A DNA stretch of 64,000 bases, taken from contig CAYYQK010000002.1 of the NCBI GenBank assembly GCA_964473815.1, forward strand, positions 105,128 through 169,127, written 5' to 3'. The notes below the pieces were generated by a model. That model was not told the DNA's origin, made no database searches, and saw nothing but the letters and a program-made list of their open reading frames with translations. The DNA is from an uncultured Candidatus Saccharibacteria bacterium. GTDB lineage: Bacteria; Patescibacteriota; Doudnabacteria; UBA920. Below, piece by piece: positions 1 through 9,438 of this stretch. Position 1 is the stretch's first letter; each line of letters begins with the position of its first letter. The translations under genes and the position numbers were made by a program.

Positions 1-1
1 T

Positions 2-412
2 TTTGAAGTTTGTGCGCAATCGCAGTTCGAATCTTACGAACATGCCAAAGATATGCAGGATTCTTTGCCGGACATCACAGTTCGCTGGAGGGATTGCCGG
101 CAAATTTACCGAAACATTCAGACTTTGCGCCATTCCGAGACAAGCTTCAAACAGGGCCTCGCTGAGTTGAGGCAATGTTTCGCTGACTCGTCTGCTGACC
201 GGCAGAAATATACGGAAGTCGCCGCCCTGATCAACTTTTTGAACGACAAAGGTCCTGAAGAGTTGCAAATTGAGGGTTGGAGCAAAGACCAAGCCAACGA
301 GGTTCCGCAGTGGTGGAAGAAAGTTTGCAATTTCTACGAGAAGTTAAGGGTTCAGGAAAAGACGGGACCGAATTATAACCAAATTTCTACTTTTCTCGAG
401 AAGTTCGGCTAG
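2..412 (+). CDS. hypothetical protein, 5'-truncated by window edge
   Basis: Frame of ORF 53..412 is open back to position 2; followed by a hairpin and T-tract. Confidence 0.6.
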   Translation, partial: FEVCAQSQFESYEHAKDMQDSLPDITVRWRDCRQIYRNIQTLRHSETSFKQGLAELRQCFADSSADRQKYTEVAALINFLNDKGPEELQIEGWSKDQANEVPQWWKKVCNFYEKLRVQEKTGPNYNQISTFLEKFG

Positions 413-437
413 CCTACTGCTTGTTCATTTATGAGCT

Positions 438-472
438 GGGGTCGATGTAGCGTTTGCATCGACCCATTTTTT
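438..472 (+). terminator. intrinsic terminator
   Basis: gggtcgatgta...tgcatcgaccc stem followed by T run. Confidence 0.7.
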
Positions 473-488
473 ATTGCATTATTTATTT

Positions 489-1082
489 ATGACTAAATTT
501 TTAAAAGATATAACTTTTGATGAAATGTTTCGAATTTGGATCAATAACGAAATTGGTCAGGTCGAAAATCGTGATGTGTTGCCCGTGGCTAAAGCAAAAG
601 GTTTTAGTTCAGTTGCTGAGTGGCGGTTAACAACTGCGCTGCGTTTAGGGTTAGATAAATTAAATTGGCGTTTGGAAGAAATTGAAAATCCAGGAGAAGT
701 ATTGCCAAATGTGATTGTTGGTCCGTACCGCGGATGGTCGTTTCAAAAAGGAACTGAATTTTTTCAAAATGATTTAACTATCTCTTTTGCTCAAGCTTTG
801 GAAATTCCGGAGTTCTTTGAATTTTGTAATCATCATGATCGCGTTGTGCCATTGTCAGAAAATTTTCCATTACCAACTACAATTATTTTGGCACGCAAAC
901 CAGATGGTAAATTAATTCACATAGAAGGTGGTCATCGTATTTGCGCGGTGGCGTATGCTCAGAAAATTGGTAAACCTATTTTGTTCGAAGATCAACCACC
1001 AATAACCGCAGCAATTGCAGATGTAACAGAGGAAGACATTGCGCGCTTTATCGAAAAAGCCAAATCAGGTACGCAGAAATAA
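489..1082 (+). CDS. hypothetical protein with ParB/Srx-like motif
   Basis: IHIEGGHRICAV resembles the ParB/Srx GxHR motif; ATG at 489 chosen. Confidence 0.55.
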   Translation: MTKFLKDITFDEMFRIWINNEIGQVENRDVLPVAKAKGFSSVAEWRLTTALRLGLDKLNWRLEEIENPGEVLPNVIVGPYRGWSFQKGTEFFQNDLTISFAQALEIPEFFEFCNHHDRVVPLSENFPLPTTIILARKPDGKLIHIEGGHRICAVAYAQKIGKPILFEDQPPITAAIADVTEEDIARFIEKAKSGTQK

Positions 1083-1091
1083 TTTGCATAA

Positions 1092-1122
1092 CAAAAAACT
1101 CTCCTTTAGGGAGAGTTTTTTG
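1092..1122. terminator. bidirectional terminator (probable original tRNA-Gly terminator)
   Basis: caaaaaactctcc/ggagagttttttg inverted repeat abutting the att core. Confidence 0.8.
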
Positions 1123-1152
1123 ATGGAGCTCCATAGTACAGGACGTTAGAAC
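1111..1152. repeat. outer att junction (host arm + attP arm), GC core at 1128-1129
   Basis: atggagctccat palindrome; 25-bp gctccatagtacaggacgttagaac repeated exactly at 4611-4635. Confidence 0.8.
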
Positions 1153-1175
1153 ATCTATTCTAGGAAGCAACTCAA

Positions 1176-1868
1176 TTACTTCCTTACAATTAGCAAAGAG
1201 TTAAAGTATGTTAATTCGTTATTTGTTGAAAATTTTAAAATTTCAGGCTTACATTGTACGTAAGTCTTAAGATCCATTTCAAACCATAACTTTACTGCTT
1301 CGCATAATTCATTGGGAGTATTAGCCCGAACGGTACATTCGATTTCTATTTCCTTAATATTACTATTGGATTTATCTAGAATATTAATCAGTTTGTCGTA
1401 CGAGTACGCGTAGTTTCTTTTAAAGGCCAAATCTTTAATACGTTTGTAGTCACCTTTGGGTTTATGAGTAACGAATAAAATCACTCCATCCTTATTAAGT
1501 AAAGAAAGCATCTTATCTATTGCATCGGTTTTATTCTGAAAATAGTAAAGTACATGACAAGCTAGGATCACATCATACTTTTGACTAGAGTTCCATTTCT
1601 CAAAGTCTTCGTTTACTATAGCCACATTCTTTTTATTGTAGGTATGTGCGTAATTAGAACTTTTTTCCAAGAGAGTTATATTTTTAACACTTGTTGGAAA
1701 TAGATGTGAACTAGTTAATGTATCTAACCCAGCCCCTATATTAAGAATTGATTTTGGTTGTATCTTATTAAGCAAGTTTAATATTTCACTCTCAACCTTT
1801 ACCTTTTCATTAGAGTGCTTAACAAATTGCTCAAATAATTTTTCAGGGAACTCAAATAGTATATTCAT
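1176..1868 (-). CDS. class I SAM-dependent methyltransferase
   Basis: ILNIGAG motif I, YDVILACHVLYY, LLNKDGVI; start 1868 avoids overlap with ribA (ORF extends to 1946). Confidence 0.8.
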   Translation of the reverse strand: MNILFEFPEKLFEQFVKHSNEKVKVESEILNLLNKIQPKSILNIGAGLDTLTSSHLFPTSVKNITLLEKSSNYAHTYNKKNVAIVNEDFEKWNSSQKYDVILACHVLYYFQNKTDAIDKMLSLLNKDGVILFVTHKPKGDYKRIKDLAFKRNYAYSYDKLINILDKSNSNIKEIEIECTVRANTPNELCEAVKLWFEMDLKTYVQCKPEILKFSTNNELTYFNSLLIVRK

Positions 1869-1887
1869 CTTATTTTGTAATAGAGAA

Positions 1888-2460
1888 CTAAAGATAGTGA
1901 TTAAATCTGTCCTTTTTAGTTCTGATATAGTTGTGGTTATATTCATTGCTTTCGGTGATTAAATTAATTCTCTCAGTTACATTAATATCTAGGTTTTTTA
2001 TTGCAGTTACTTTGTCTGGATTATTTGTAAGTAGCTTAATGTTACATATTCCTAAGCTATTCAATATTGTCTTTACCTGTGAATACTCTCGAGCGTCTGG
2101 TAAATGCCCTAACATAACATTCGCATCATATGTGTCATACCCATTATCTTGTAATTGATAAGCTTTAACTTTTTCGTACAGGCCAATCCCTCTTCCCTCT
2201 TGTCTTAGATAAATGAATATTCCGTTTTGGGAGTTATTGATTAGTTTAAGAGCGAGTTCTTTTTGAGGACCGCAATCACATCGCAAACTCTTGAAGTTGT
2301 CGCCCGTAATACATTCACTATGAATTCTTACGATTACGGATTGTGTCTTATCTAGATTGGGGGTTTGAAGTACCAATGGTTCTTTACCATCTTTATCTTT
2401 CCAAACACTCATTACGAAATGACCGTATTTGGTCGGCAATATTGTAGATACAGATTCCAT
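1888..2460 (-). CDS. ribA: GTP cyclohydrolase II
   Basis: VRIHSECITGD, CDCGPQ, QEGRGIGL, LLTNNPDK motifs. Confidence 0.92.
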   Translation of the reverse strand: MESVSTILPTKYGHFVMSVWKDKDGKEPLVLQTPNLDKTQSVIVRIHSECITGDNFKSLRCDCGPQKELALKLINNSQNGIFIYLRQEGRGIGLYEKVKAYQLQDNGYDTYDANVMLGHLPDAREYSQVKTILNSLGICNIKLLTNNPDKVTAIKNLDINVTERINLITESNEYNHNYIRTKKDRFNHYL

Positions 2461-2461
2461 A

Positions 2462-3133
2462 TTATTTTTTCTTCCATTGCAGAATCATGTAGCCAGGATA
2501 GGTGTCTACGATTTTTTCTGCGGCTGGATCAAACTGCTCCTCAAATAACTCAAGGGTGAAGTGAGTCATCATAAAGGTCGAAAAGTATTCTTTAAGAGTA
2601 TGAGTCGGCTCTTTGAATGTAAGTAACCCATCAAAGCATACTGAATCTACTACTTCCTTTTTGAAGTAGTCTTTCCCTATTTTCTTCTTTTCGTACAGTT
2701 GTCTGATTGGATGCGCTACTAGAAAAGTAAAAGTCCCACCAGGTTTAAGTATCCGATAAACTTCCTTAAAAATTGGTTCTAATTCTTCGGCAGTCTGAAG
2801 CGCATATTTAGAGAATACGAAGTCGAAAGTACTGTCTTGATGAGGCAAAGAATCAAACACTCCGTATTTAAATTTAATACCCGAATATTTTTTTGATGCT
2901 ATATCAAGGAGTTCTTTTGAAGCATCTATACCATAAACAAGATCCGCACCTTGATCTTTGAAGAACTTACAGTCACTACCGTCACCACAACCAATATCTA
3001 ATACAACTCCTCCCTTAATAGTAGGAACTAGATTGCGATAAACTCTACGATTGTACTGCGCACCTTTTTCATAAACAGACTCAAAAGTGTCTGCGATCGA
3101 ATCGTATTGATGACTTAATTGATTTGAATTCAT
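2462..3133 (-). CDS. class I SAM-dependent methyltransferase
   Basis: VLDIGCGDG, FDFVFS, RILKPGG. Confidence 0.9.
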   Translation of the reverse strand: MNSNQLSHQYDSIADTFESVYEKGAQYNRRVYRNLVPTIKGGVVLDIGCGDGSDCKFFKDQGADLVYGIDASKELLDIASKKYSGIKFKYGVFDSLPHQDSTFDFVFSKYALQTAEELEPIFKEVYRILKPGGTFTFLVAHPIRQLYEKKKIGKDYFKKEVVDSVCFDGLLTFKEPTHTLKEYFSTFMMTHFTLELFEEQFDPAAEKIVDTYPGYMILQWKKK

Positions 3134-3144
3134 ATTGTAGCGAG

Positions 3145-3546
3145 TTAAAAATGTTTCTTAAAATCCAAAGAGGTATTCGCAATTTCATATGCCATATAAT
3201 CCATCTCTTTCCCTTCGTCGCAGATGAATTCATGTTTAACACCCTTTGGCACTATAACTACATCCCCTTGTTCTACGGGAATGTTGCCTTCTTCTGTTTG
3301 AAGAAAAGCCTTTCCTTTAATGATTACGCCGACAACGTGGGATATGTGGTGGTGCATTGGTTCGTTGTCATAACCATTAATGTGTACATAGTTAGCTGAT
3401 ACCTCGGTATTATGAGTGGAATCGAATAGGTCATTGATTCGTACAGGTGGAAGGGAAATAAATGCTGAGTTTCCATCTTTTATAAGTGATGATGAACTAG
3501 GTAAAACAGTACATTTATTTAGTTGTAGTAAATTAGCAATATTCAT
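3145..3546 (-). CDS. cupin domain protein
   Basis: HHH...GDVVIVPKGVKH cupin motifs. Confidence 0.8.
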   Translation of the reverse strand: MNIANLLQLNKCTVLPSSSSLIKDGNSAFISLPPVRINDLFDSTHNTEVSANYVHINGYDNEPMHHHISHVVGVIIKGKAFLQTEEGNIPVEQGDVVIVPKGVKHEFICDEGKEMDYMAYEIANTSLDFKKHF

Positions 3547-3652
3547 AAGTTATAGAATTAATATTCTACGGACGCATCATACTATAAATTCTTGACTTAA
3601 TCATATTTTTGTGGTATTATTACAATATAGTGAACTTAAAGTGCAATAATAT

Positions 3653-4480
3653 ATGTTATTTTCTCCCAACGAATCAATAGAAGATGCCACAATTCGCCTT
3701 GTTTCTATGGGAAAAACGTCCCCTACTGATATCTTCGAAAGTCTTCAAAAAGAAGGCAATTCTATATCAAAAAGAGGGGTGTATAAAGCTATTCATTATT
3801 TGTTAGAGCACACAATTCTTGTAAAGAGTGGTAAAAAACTCTCGATCAGCCAAGAATGGGTAGATTCTGTAACTAGGGCATTAAAGAATAACTTTACTAT
3901 GCCTGTTCTAGCCGACGGAGAATCTGCTACATATAAGTACAAATCCTTAGTAAACCTTGATGCGTATTGGAAGCATCTAACTAAATCTCTCAAAGACCAG
4001 TACAGTACCTACCCTGTATTTTTGTACAGTCCTTATAATATTTGGCTACATTTAGCAGATAGAACTGAAAGTCAATTGGAGTATTATAGATCGTTTGAAA
4101 AGGAGCGAAGATATGGGTACCTCGTACTAGGCAATAGATCAGAATTAGATATGGAGTTTAAAAAAACACTGCAAAGTGAATTTTTGCAGATAGATACGTG
4201 GGACAAGCCTCCTTTCAAGGAAACAGAATACTACACTATAATTGATGACATTATCGTAACTACTAAGGTAGGACCGAAATTAACAAAGATTATAGCTAGT
4301 TTTTATAAAACCACTCCTACAATAGAAAGTAAGTCTAAGTTAAATCGTATTCTAGATATTACAGACATATCTAAGATTAAAATTGAAAGAAATAAAAAGA
4401 AAGCGAAATATCTTCGAAAAAGACTCTCTAAGAATTTCTACATACCAAAAGAGATTAAAGAACAGTTTGGTTTGTTCTAA
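3653..4480 (+). CDS. putative winged-helix transcriptional regulator
   Basis: N-terminal wHTH-like segment (SISKRGVYKAIHYL); divergent from the cupin operon. Confidence 0.6.
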   Translation: MLFSPNESIEDATIRLVSMGKTSPTDIFESLQKEGNSISKRGVYKAIHYLLEHTILVKSGKKLSISQEWVDSVTRALKNNFTMPVLADGESATYKYKSLVNLDAYWKHLTKSLKDQYSTYPVFLYSPYNIWLHLADRTESQLEYYRSFEKERRYGYLVLGNRSELDMEFKKTLQSEFLQIDTWDKPPFKETEYYTIIDDIIVTTKVGPKLTKIIASFYKTTPTIESKSKLNRILDITDISKIKIERNKKKAKYLRKRLSKNFYIPKEIKEQFGLF

Positions 4481-4487
4481 AATAAAT

Positions 4488-4512
4488 AAAGCACCTGTAT
4501 AAGGTGTTTTAT
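4488..4512 (+). terminator. intrinsic terminator
   Basis: aaagcacct/aggtgtttt hairpin. Confidence 0.55.
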
Positions 4513-4610
4513 TATTGTTACCCCCTAATGAAATTCAATCGAATCAATTTGGAGTAGATTTTACAGCATCTTTGTGATTTTCCTAAGAAATTTGAAGGGT
4601 TCAAAATAGT

Positions 4611-4635
4611 GCTCCATAGTACAGGACGTTAGAAC
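4611..4635. repeat. second copy of attP arm (internal att site)
   Basis: Exact 25-bp match to 1128-1152 that begins at the GC core. Confidence 0.85.
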
Positions 4636-4658
4636 TAGTCTAGTAACTGTTTTATGAG

Positions 4659-5369
4659 TTACGGATTAGTGTCAGATTGAGCTACAAAATGTGGATTTTG
4701 AAACCTAATACTACACTCTGGGCAAATATAAGAAGTAACTGTTGTACTTATGTTTCTCGGGTATTTACAGGAAGGGCAAGGTAAATACTCATTAGAATGA
4801 GGTGTTTGTTTTATATGTTCTTCCCAAGGAAGTATAAAATCTTTTACATAATCTATATCACCTCTTTTGTATCTATGAAACATCGTCTTAAGTACGGCCT
4901 CGCATGCCATCTCTGTAATTCTCTTTTCGTCTTCTGTAAATGCTTCGTATTCGTCTAATGGTTCATATTGCTTAGTATTCTGTATATGTATACGATCTCG
5001 TAACTTTTTAACTCTTTCTAATAAGTCATAAAATCTTTCATCTGGAGCTGAGAAAATATTGTGTTTGCGAGAGTTATCTAAATACTTCTGAAACGCATTT
5101 ATTTCTTTCCCTCTAATCTCGTTAATAATATCTGTGGCTATATTTCTTACTCCTTCAATTGTGAATTTATTTACTCGGTAGTAAAAATCATGAAGCACTG
5201 CTTCAATAATTGAGCTTATAAATATAATTATAGGTTTACATAAATAACGTTTTTCGTTTGTTGAGGCTCTATCGTATTGACGGTAAAGATAGATAAGTAT
5301 TTTAGTATTGTGGTTAATGTTATCACCGACTTTGTATGAACCGATGAAATTAGATTTTACTGTAAACAT
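4659..5369 (-). CDS. hypothetical protein, HEPN-like with C-terminal Zn ribbon
   Basis: IIEAVL...RDRIH motif; CPSC...CPEC. Confidence 0.55.
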   Translation of the reverse strand: MFTVKSNFIGSYKVGDNINHNTKILIYLYRQYDRASTNEKRYLCKPIIIFISSIIEAVLHDFYYRVNKFTIEGVRNIATDIINEIRGKEINAFQKYLDNSRKHNIFSAPDERFYDLLERVKKLRDRIHIQNTKQYEPLDEYEAFTEDEKRITEMACEAVLKTMFHRYKRGDIDYVKDFILPWEEHIKQTPHSNEYLPCPSCKYPRNISTTVTSYICPECSIRFQNPHFVAQSDTNP

Positions 5370-6038
5370 TTATTTGCTATTCTGGGCTGGTAACAATATG
5401 TCAGGGTGATCGTTACTAGGTTTATTTACTAAAGTAGAAATAGGGTAAGAAACCATCTCAGTTGCAGGATAAGGCTGTAATAAATTAATTGCTTCCTCTG
5501 CTTCTATGTCAGGATTCATCCAATCTTTCTCACTAGTAGGTGTTAATATCACGGGCATTCTGTTGTGAACATTCTCAACTACCTCGTTAGGTGTAGTAGT
5601 AATGATAACACTGTGGGGTACTTTGTTTCCTTGAGCGTCTGTTTCGTATTGCCATAAACCTGCAAAGGCAAAAGGTTCCCTATCCTTAAGTTCAAATCTG
5701 TAAGGAACCTTGAGTTTCGAATCTGGTTGTTTTTGCCATTCATAGAATCCATCAGCAAGAATTAGACAACGTTGTTCAGCAATCATCTTTTTCCAAGTTG
5801 GTTTTACCATGCTGTCATTACGGGCATTTATAAAGAACATCTTACCAGTCTTGTCGTAAAATGGATGAATCCCCCATTGCGTATAAACTATCTCGTTCGG
5901 ATCTGTATTCAAGATGGTAGGTATAGGCTGGGAAGGTCGGACATTATATCTGGGATCAACTGGGCTTTCGTTATAGCCTGCGTTGAATCTTTGAGATAAG
6001 TCTCTAAATGGATGAATTACTGAAAATGCTCCGCACAT
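5370..6038 (-). CDS. SOS response-associated peptidase (SRAP/YedK/HMCES family)
   Basis: N-terminal MCG, RYNVRP, INAR, GFYEW, HNRMPVIL. Confidence 0.93.
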   Translation of the reverse strand: MCGAFSVIHPFRDLSQRFNAGYNESPVDPRYNVRPSQPIPTILNTDPNEIVYTQWGIHPFYDKTGKMFFINARNDSMVKPTWKKMIAEQRCLILADGFYEWQKQPDSKLKVPYRFELKDREPFAFAGLWQYETDAQGNKVPHSVIITTTPNEVVENVHNRMPVILTPTSEKDWMNPDIEAEEAINLLQPYPATEMVSYPISTLVNKPSNDHPDILLPAQNSK

Positions 6039-6402
6039 GATGAATTTGTTAAGTTATGTAAAGTTTTGTGTGGATAACTGATTGATAAAATATAAAATAT
6101 GGCTTATTTGTGAGGAGAGACCATCTTTTATACCTGCCAAATCACTCTGATATACTGAAGTTAGTAGAACTTTACAACCTGTATTCCACTTTTTGACCAT
6201 CTTTTGGAGTACCGGGCTAAGGGCATCCCTTTTAGGGACTTGTTCTACGCCCGACTATCAATTATTTCTGAGTGGAATCGGAAATGGTTGATTGGCCCGG
6301 AACTCTAGCAGGTGGTTTTATTTTACCACTTGTTGGGAAAAACCAATGGGGCGCCCCTGTAGCAGTCGACTGATTGGATTATTAATCCGAAAGGAAGCAA
6401 TA

Positions 6403-6558
6403 ATGCCTATCCCCGTTGGAATGATCTGTCGCCCGTACATTACGGTAGACGGTCAGAAGATTTGGGCTAAGGATTACGGTAAAAAAGCCTTTTGTTTCTT
6501 CCCTTCTCTTAAGAAGGGGAAAAAGAAAAAGCCTGAAGCCGTAAAACTTCAAGCCTAA
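6403..6558 (+). CDS. small basic protein (51 aa)
   Basis: AAAGGA SD before ATG 6403; downstream terminator hairpin at ~6570-6605. Confidence 0.6.
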   Translation: MPIPVGMICRPYITVDGQKIWAKDYGKKAFCFFPSLKKGKKKKPEAVKLQA

Positions 6559-6765
6559 CTTCACCTTATAAAACACTCGTTTGGGTACCCATTCGGGTGT
6601 TTTATGTTTTAGGAGTATAACCCCCAAATCACAGTCTCTAGATTCTGGGTTTAGGGATTATTGAACAATACTATCTTATATAAGAAATATAGTCAATTCA
6701 TATCATTTGTACATGAAATGTATATCTATTATACCATATTCTTATCCACAACCTTTAACACCCTT

Positions 6766-7857
6766 TTAGGTACCTGATTTAAGACGATTGTCTTCTTTGC
6801 ATAACATTTGGCAATTTTCTGATGTAGTTTTACCACCCTCATGCCATGGTTTGATATGATCTGCTTCCATCTCTTCTATCTCAAAATGTTTCTTGCATTT
6901 TGGACAAACTCCTTTTTGCCTTTCGTATGCTTCACGTTTCATCTTATCGTTGAAAGCTCTAATAGAAAGAAGTCTTTCTTTTCTGGTTAACACATAAGGA
7001 TATATACCAGACTTCTTTGTTACATCTTCATCCTGCATAAGTTTAGATACTTCTTCTTCTAATTCTTTAGGATTCAATGTTGTCTCTTTAAATTCATTGT
7101 ACAATTCACCCCAGTTCACTCCAGCCATTTCTTTACGGTAGTTGGTGAAAGTGCTTCTAGACCAAGATATAACTTTCTGGAAATATTCCCAAAGTTCTTT
7201 AGCATCTTTGTCATGTTGATGGGATGCCATGTATCCAGCTATGTCGCCATTATTAATCCAACTCAATGCTGTTTCTAAATAGTCTTGTCTTATAGGAGAT
7301 CCATGTAACAAAGAACCGCCATCATTAGCTAACAGATATGCTGCACAATTTGATTTACTAAACTTTAATTTTGCATCTGATAACCAAGGTCCTGTATAGA
7401 CAGCATTACGTAATTCTTGTTCAGTTAATCGTTCTCCTGCAATATTGATAGTTCTGAACCAGTTCAATCTTTCTATGTCTGTTCCTTCGCAAAAGTAAAC
7501 CATTAATTCATAGTTCAGAATTTGCTCTTGCTCCTCCTTGGTAAGATTATGGAAATATCGATCATTTAAAGAAAAGTCTCCTGTCACATACTGACCAATA
7601 CTTATAGTTCGCTGTTGTCCGTCCAATACTTCGAAGTTTCCATCTTCTCGAACCATCCAATACATAACATTCAATGGAAAGTCGTGAGTTATAGTGTTGA
7701 TTACTGCATCTCGTTGCTGGTCTTTATACACAAACTCTCTTTGATATTTTGGACGAACATCTAGTTTACCAGCATATGCAACTACACCTTCTTCTGCACT
7801 ATCTTTGTAACCTTCAGTAATTTCTCGTATAGAAATTTTATTTAGTTCAATTTTCAT
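6766..7857 (-). CDS. DUF262 (ParB-like) + HNH endonuclease, GmrSD-like restriction protein
   Basis: PKYQREFVY, LDGQQR; C-terminal CPKC..EADHIKPW..GG..NCQMLC. Confidence 0.88.
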   Translation of the reverse strand: MKIELNKISIREITEGYKDSAEEGVVAYAGKLDVRPKYQREFVYKDQQRDAVINTITHDFPLNVMYWMVREDGNFEVLDGQQRTISIGQYVTGDFSLNDRYFHNLTKEEQEQILNYELMVYFCEGTDIERLNWFRTINIAGERLTEQELRNAVYTGPWLSDAKLKFSKSNCAAYLLANDGGSLLHGSPIRQDYLETALSWINNGDIAGYMASHQHDKDAKELWEYFQKVISWSRSTFTNYRKEMAGVNWGELYNEFKETTLNPKELEEEVSKLMQDEDVTKKSGIYPYVLTRKERLLSIRAFNDKMKREAYERQKGVCPKCKKHFEIEEMEADHIKPWHEGGKTTSENCQMLCKEDNRLKSGT

Positions 7858-8963
7858 TAGGATTCCTTATTTCTAATTAAAAGTCTAGCATACACAGCTT
7901 TAAAGCCTTCTGGTGTTTTTAGTACACTCCTTGCGTTCAAATCATTATATTTAGGGTGATCATCTATTGTATATTTTTTCTTACGCATCCCTGATGTATT
8001 TTGTCTATCGGTAATACCAAGTATTTCAAATTGTTCAGGATTGTACTTATCTAAGAAAGTAATAGGTACGCCCATTGTATCTTTGTAATCTTTAGGAATA
8101 TCAGAAGTTTTACTTACTTCAATTGCATCATAGTTGTCATAGTGTGGATACTCTTCCGGAGAATAATTTTTGTATAAGACTAAATCCGTATGACGTTCTG
8201 TGTAATCTAGATTTGTAAACCAACGAACACCTTTCACTCGAATAAATTTATTACCCTCACTATCCACTCTTGTCCCGGCTGCATTGAGAGGGTAATCATC
8301 AGGAACTCTGAACTCTCTATCACCACTATGAATACTTTGCCCTAACCACATTTTGTTATGTTGGACTAGAGGAAATACTTCTTTGTAAGTTATAGCATTG
8401 ATGTTTCCAAGTACTAGGAACTTTTTATTGTGTTCGACTAGCTGTGCTATAAATTCTCGGAATAAAGAGAATGGTGGATTCGTAACAACAATATCTGATT
8501 CCTTTAACAGATTAATACATTCGTCGCTACGAAAATCGCCGCTACCTTTTAATGGTGTTGCTGAGTTTTTGTCATGCTGAAGTAGAAACTTAACATCATC
8601 TAAATTAATAGCACCATCCCCGTCTGTATCAGGTACAGCATTGATCTCTAACTTAAATGGTTCTAATCCTGTTGGCTTCAGTCCCTCCATCTCAAATAAG
8701 GGTAATTGTCTTCCCACAATTGGAGACTTCATGTAGCTAGTGCTGATAAGTTTCTTCAAACCTAAAGCATTAAAGTTTGCAGCAAAGTATTTAAAAAAAT
8801 TACTTTCAAAAGGGTCATCACAGTTACAATACACCACCTTATCCCTAAATTGTTCTTTATAATGTTTAAGCTCTTTTTCAATATCAACTAGTTGAGTATA
8901 AAACTCATCTTTTTTAGCTTGTCCTGCTTGGTTTAAATTTGTGTTTAAGGGAGTATTAGGCAT
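7857..8963 (-). CDS. adenine-specific DNA methyltransferase, EcoRI-methylase family
   Basis: KKDEFYT, VYCNCDDP, GDFRSDEC, TNPPFSLFRE. Confidence 0.9.
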   Translation of the reverse strand: MPNTPLNTNLNQAGQAKKDEFYTQLVDIEKELKHYKEQFRDKVVYCNCDDPFESNFFKYFAANFNALGLKKLISTSYMKSPIVGRQLPLFEMEGLKPTGLEPFKLEINAVPDTDGDGAINLDDVKFLLQHDKNSATPLKGSGDFRSDECINLLKESDIVVTNPPFSLFREFIAQLVEHNKKFLVLGNINAITYKEVFPLVQHNKMWLGQSIHSGDREFRVPDDYPLNAAGTRVDSEGNKFIRVKGVRWFTNLDYTERHTDLVLYKNYSPEEYPHYDNYDAIEVSKTSDIPKDYKDTMGVPITFLDKYNPEQFEILGITDRQNTSGMRKKKYTIDDHPKYNDLNARSVLKTPEGFKAVYARLLIRNKES

Positions 8964-9438
8964 TAAAGTTGACTTAACTAAAGTAATTATAGACTTATCC
9001 GAGGAAAAAGAGAATATGAGTGTGTATAATGAAAGGTATACTATCGTACACCTATGAAACTGATAATATTTTTCTTCGTAAAACTACCTCGACATTCCCC
9101 TTGTCCTGACCATTGGCTAATGCTACCCCCCACTGCTCAAAATTACGGAACCATTTGTAAAAAGTGCCTTTGGAAGACACTACCAACAGGAGGAAATATG
9201 AGACCAGTAAAGTTATTTAACAGGTATTGGAATCATTAAAAAATTGGTATAATACCAACACAACACATTGCCTAACCCCTACTTTGTAGGATATGGCATT
9301 AAATCCGATCAAGATATAGAACCTCTCGTCAGGGTCCTTGATCGGTCGTATCTGGAAACGGATATGTTGATCCGAAAGGGTCAAACTTGGCGGGGGGCTT
9401 TTTGTTCCCCAGTCATACAATTAAAACCGATCAAGGAA

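Noticed and set aside
4518-4610. Possible relic att arm or C-terminus of another recombinase (LPPNEIQSNQF...)
   Set aside because: Resemblance only, and no matching partner site in the window
1128-4635. 25-bp direct repeat as CRISPR repeat or IS end
   Set aside because: Only two copies 3.5 kb apart, with no cas or transposase gene; explained as att arms
6069-6750. Two DnaA boxes as oriC
   Set aside because: Only two boxes, inside a mobile element, with no dnaA or unwinding element context
9054-9438. Short ORFs upstream of the membrane protein gene
   Set aside because: No motifs, and they overlap each other in conflicting frames
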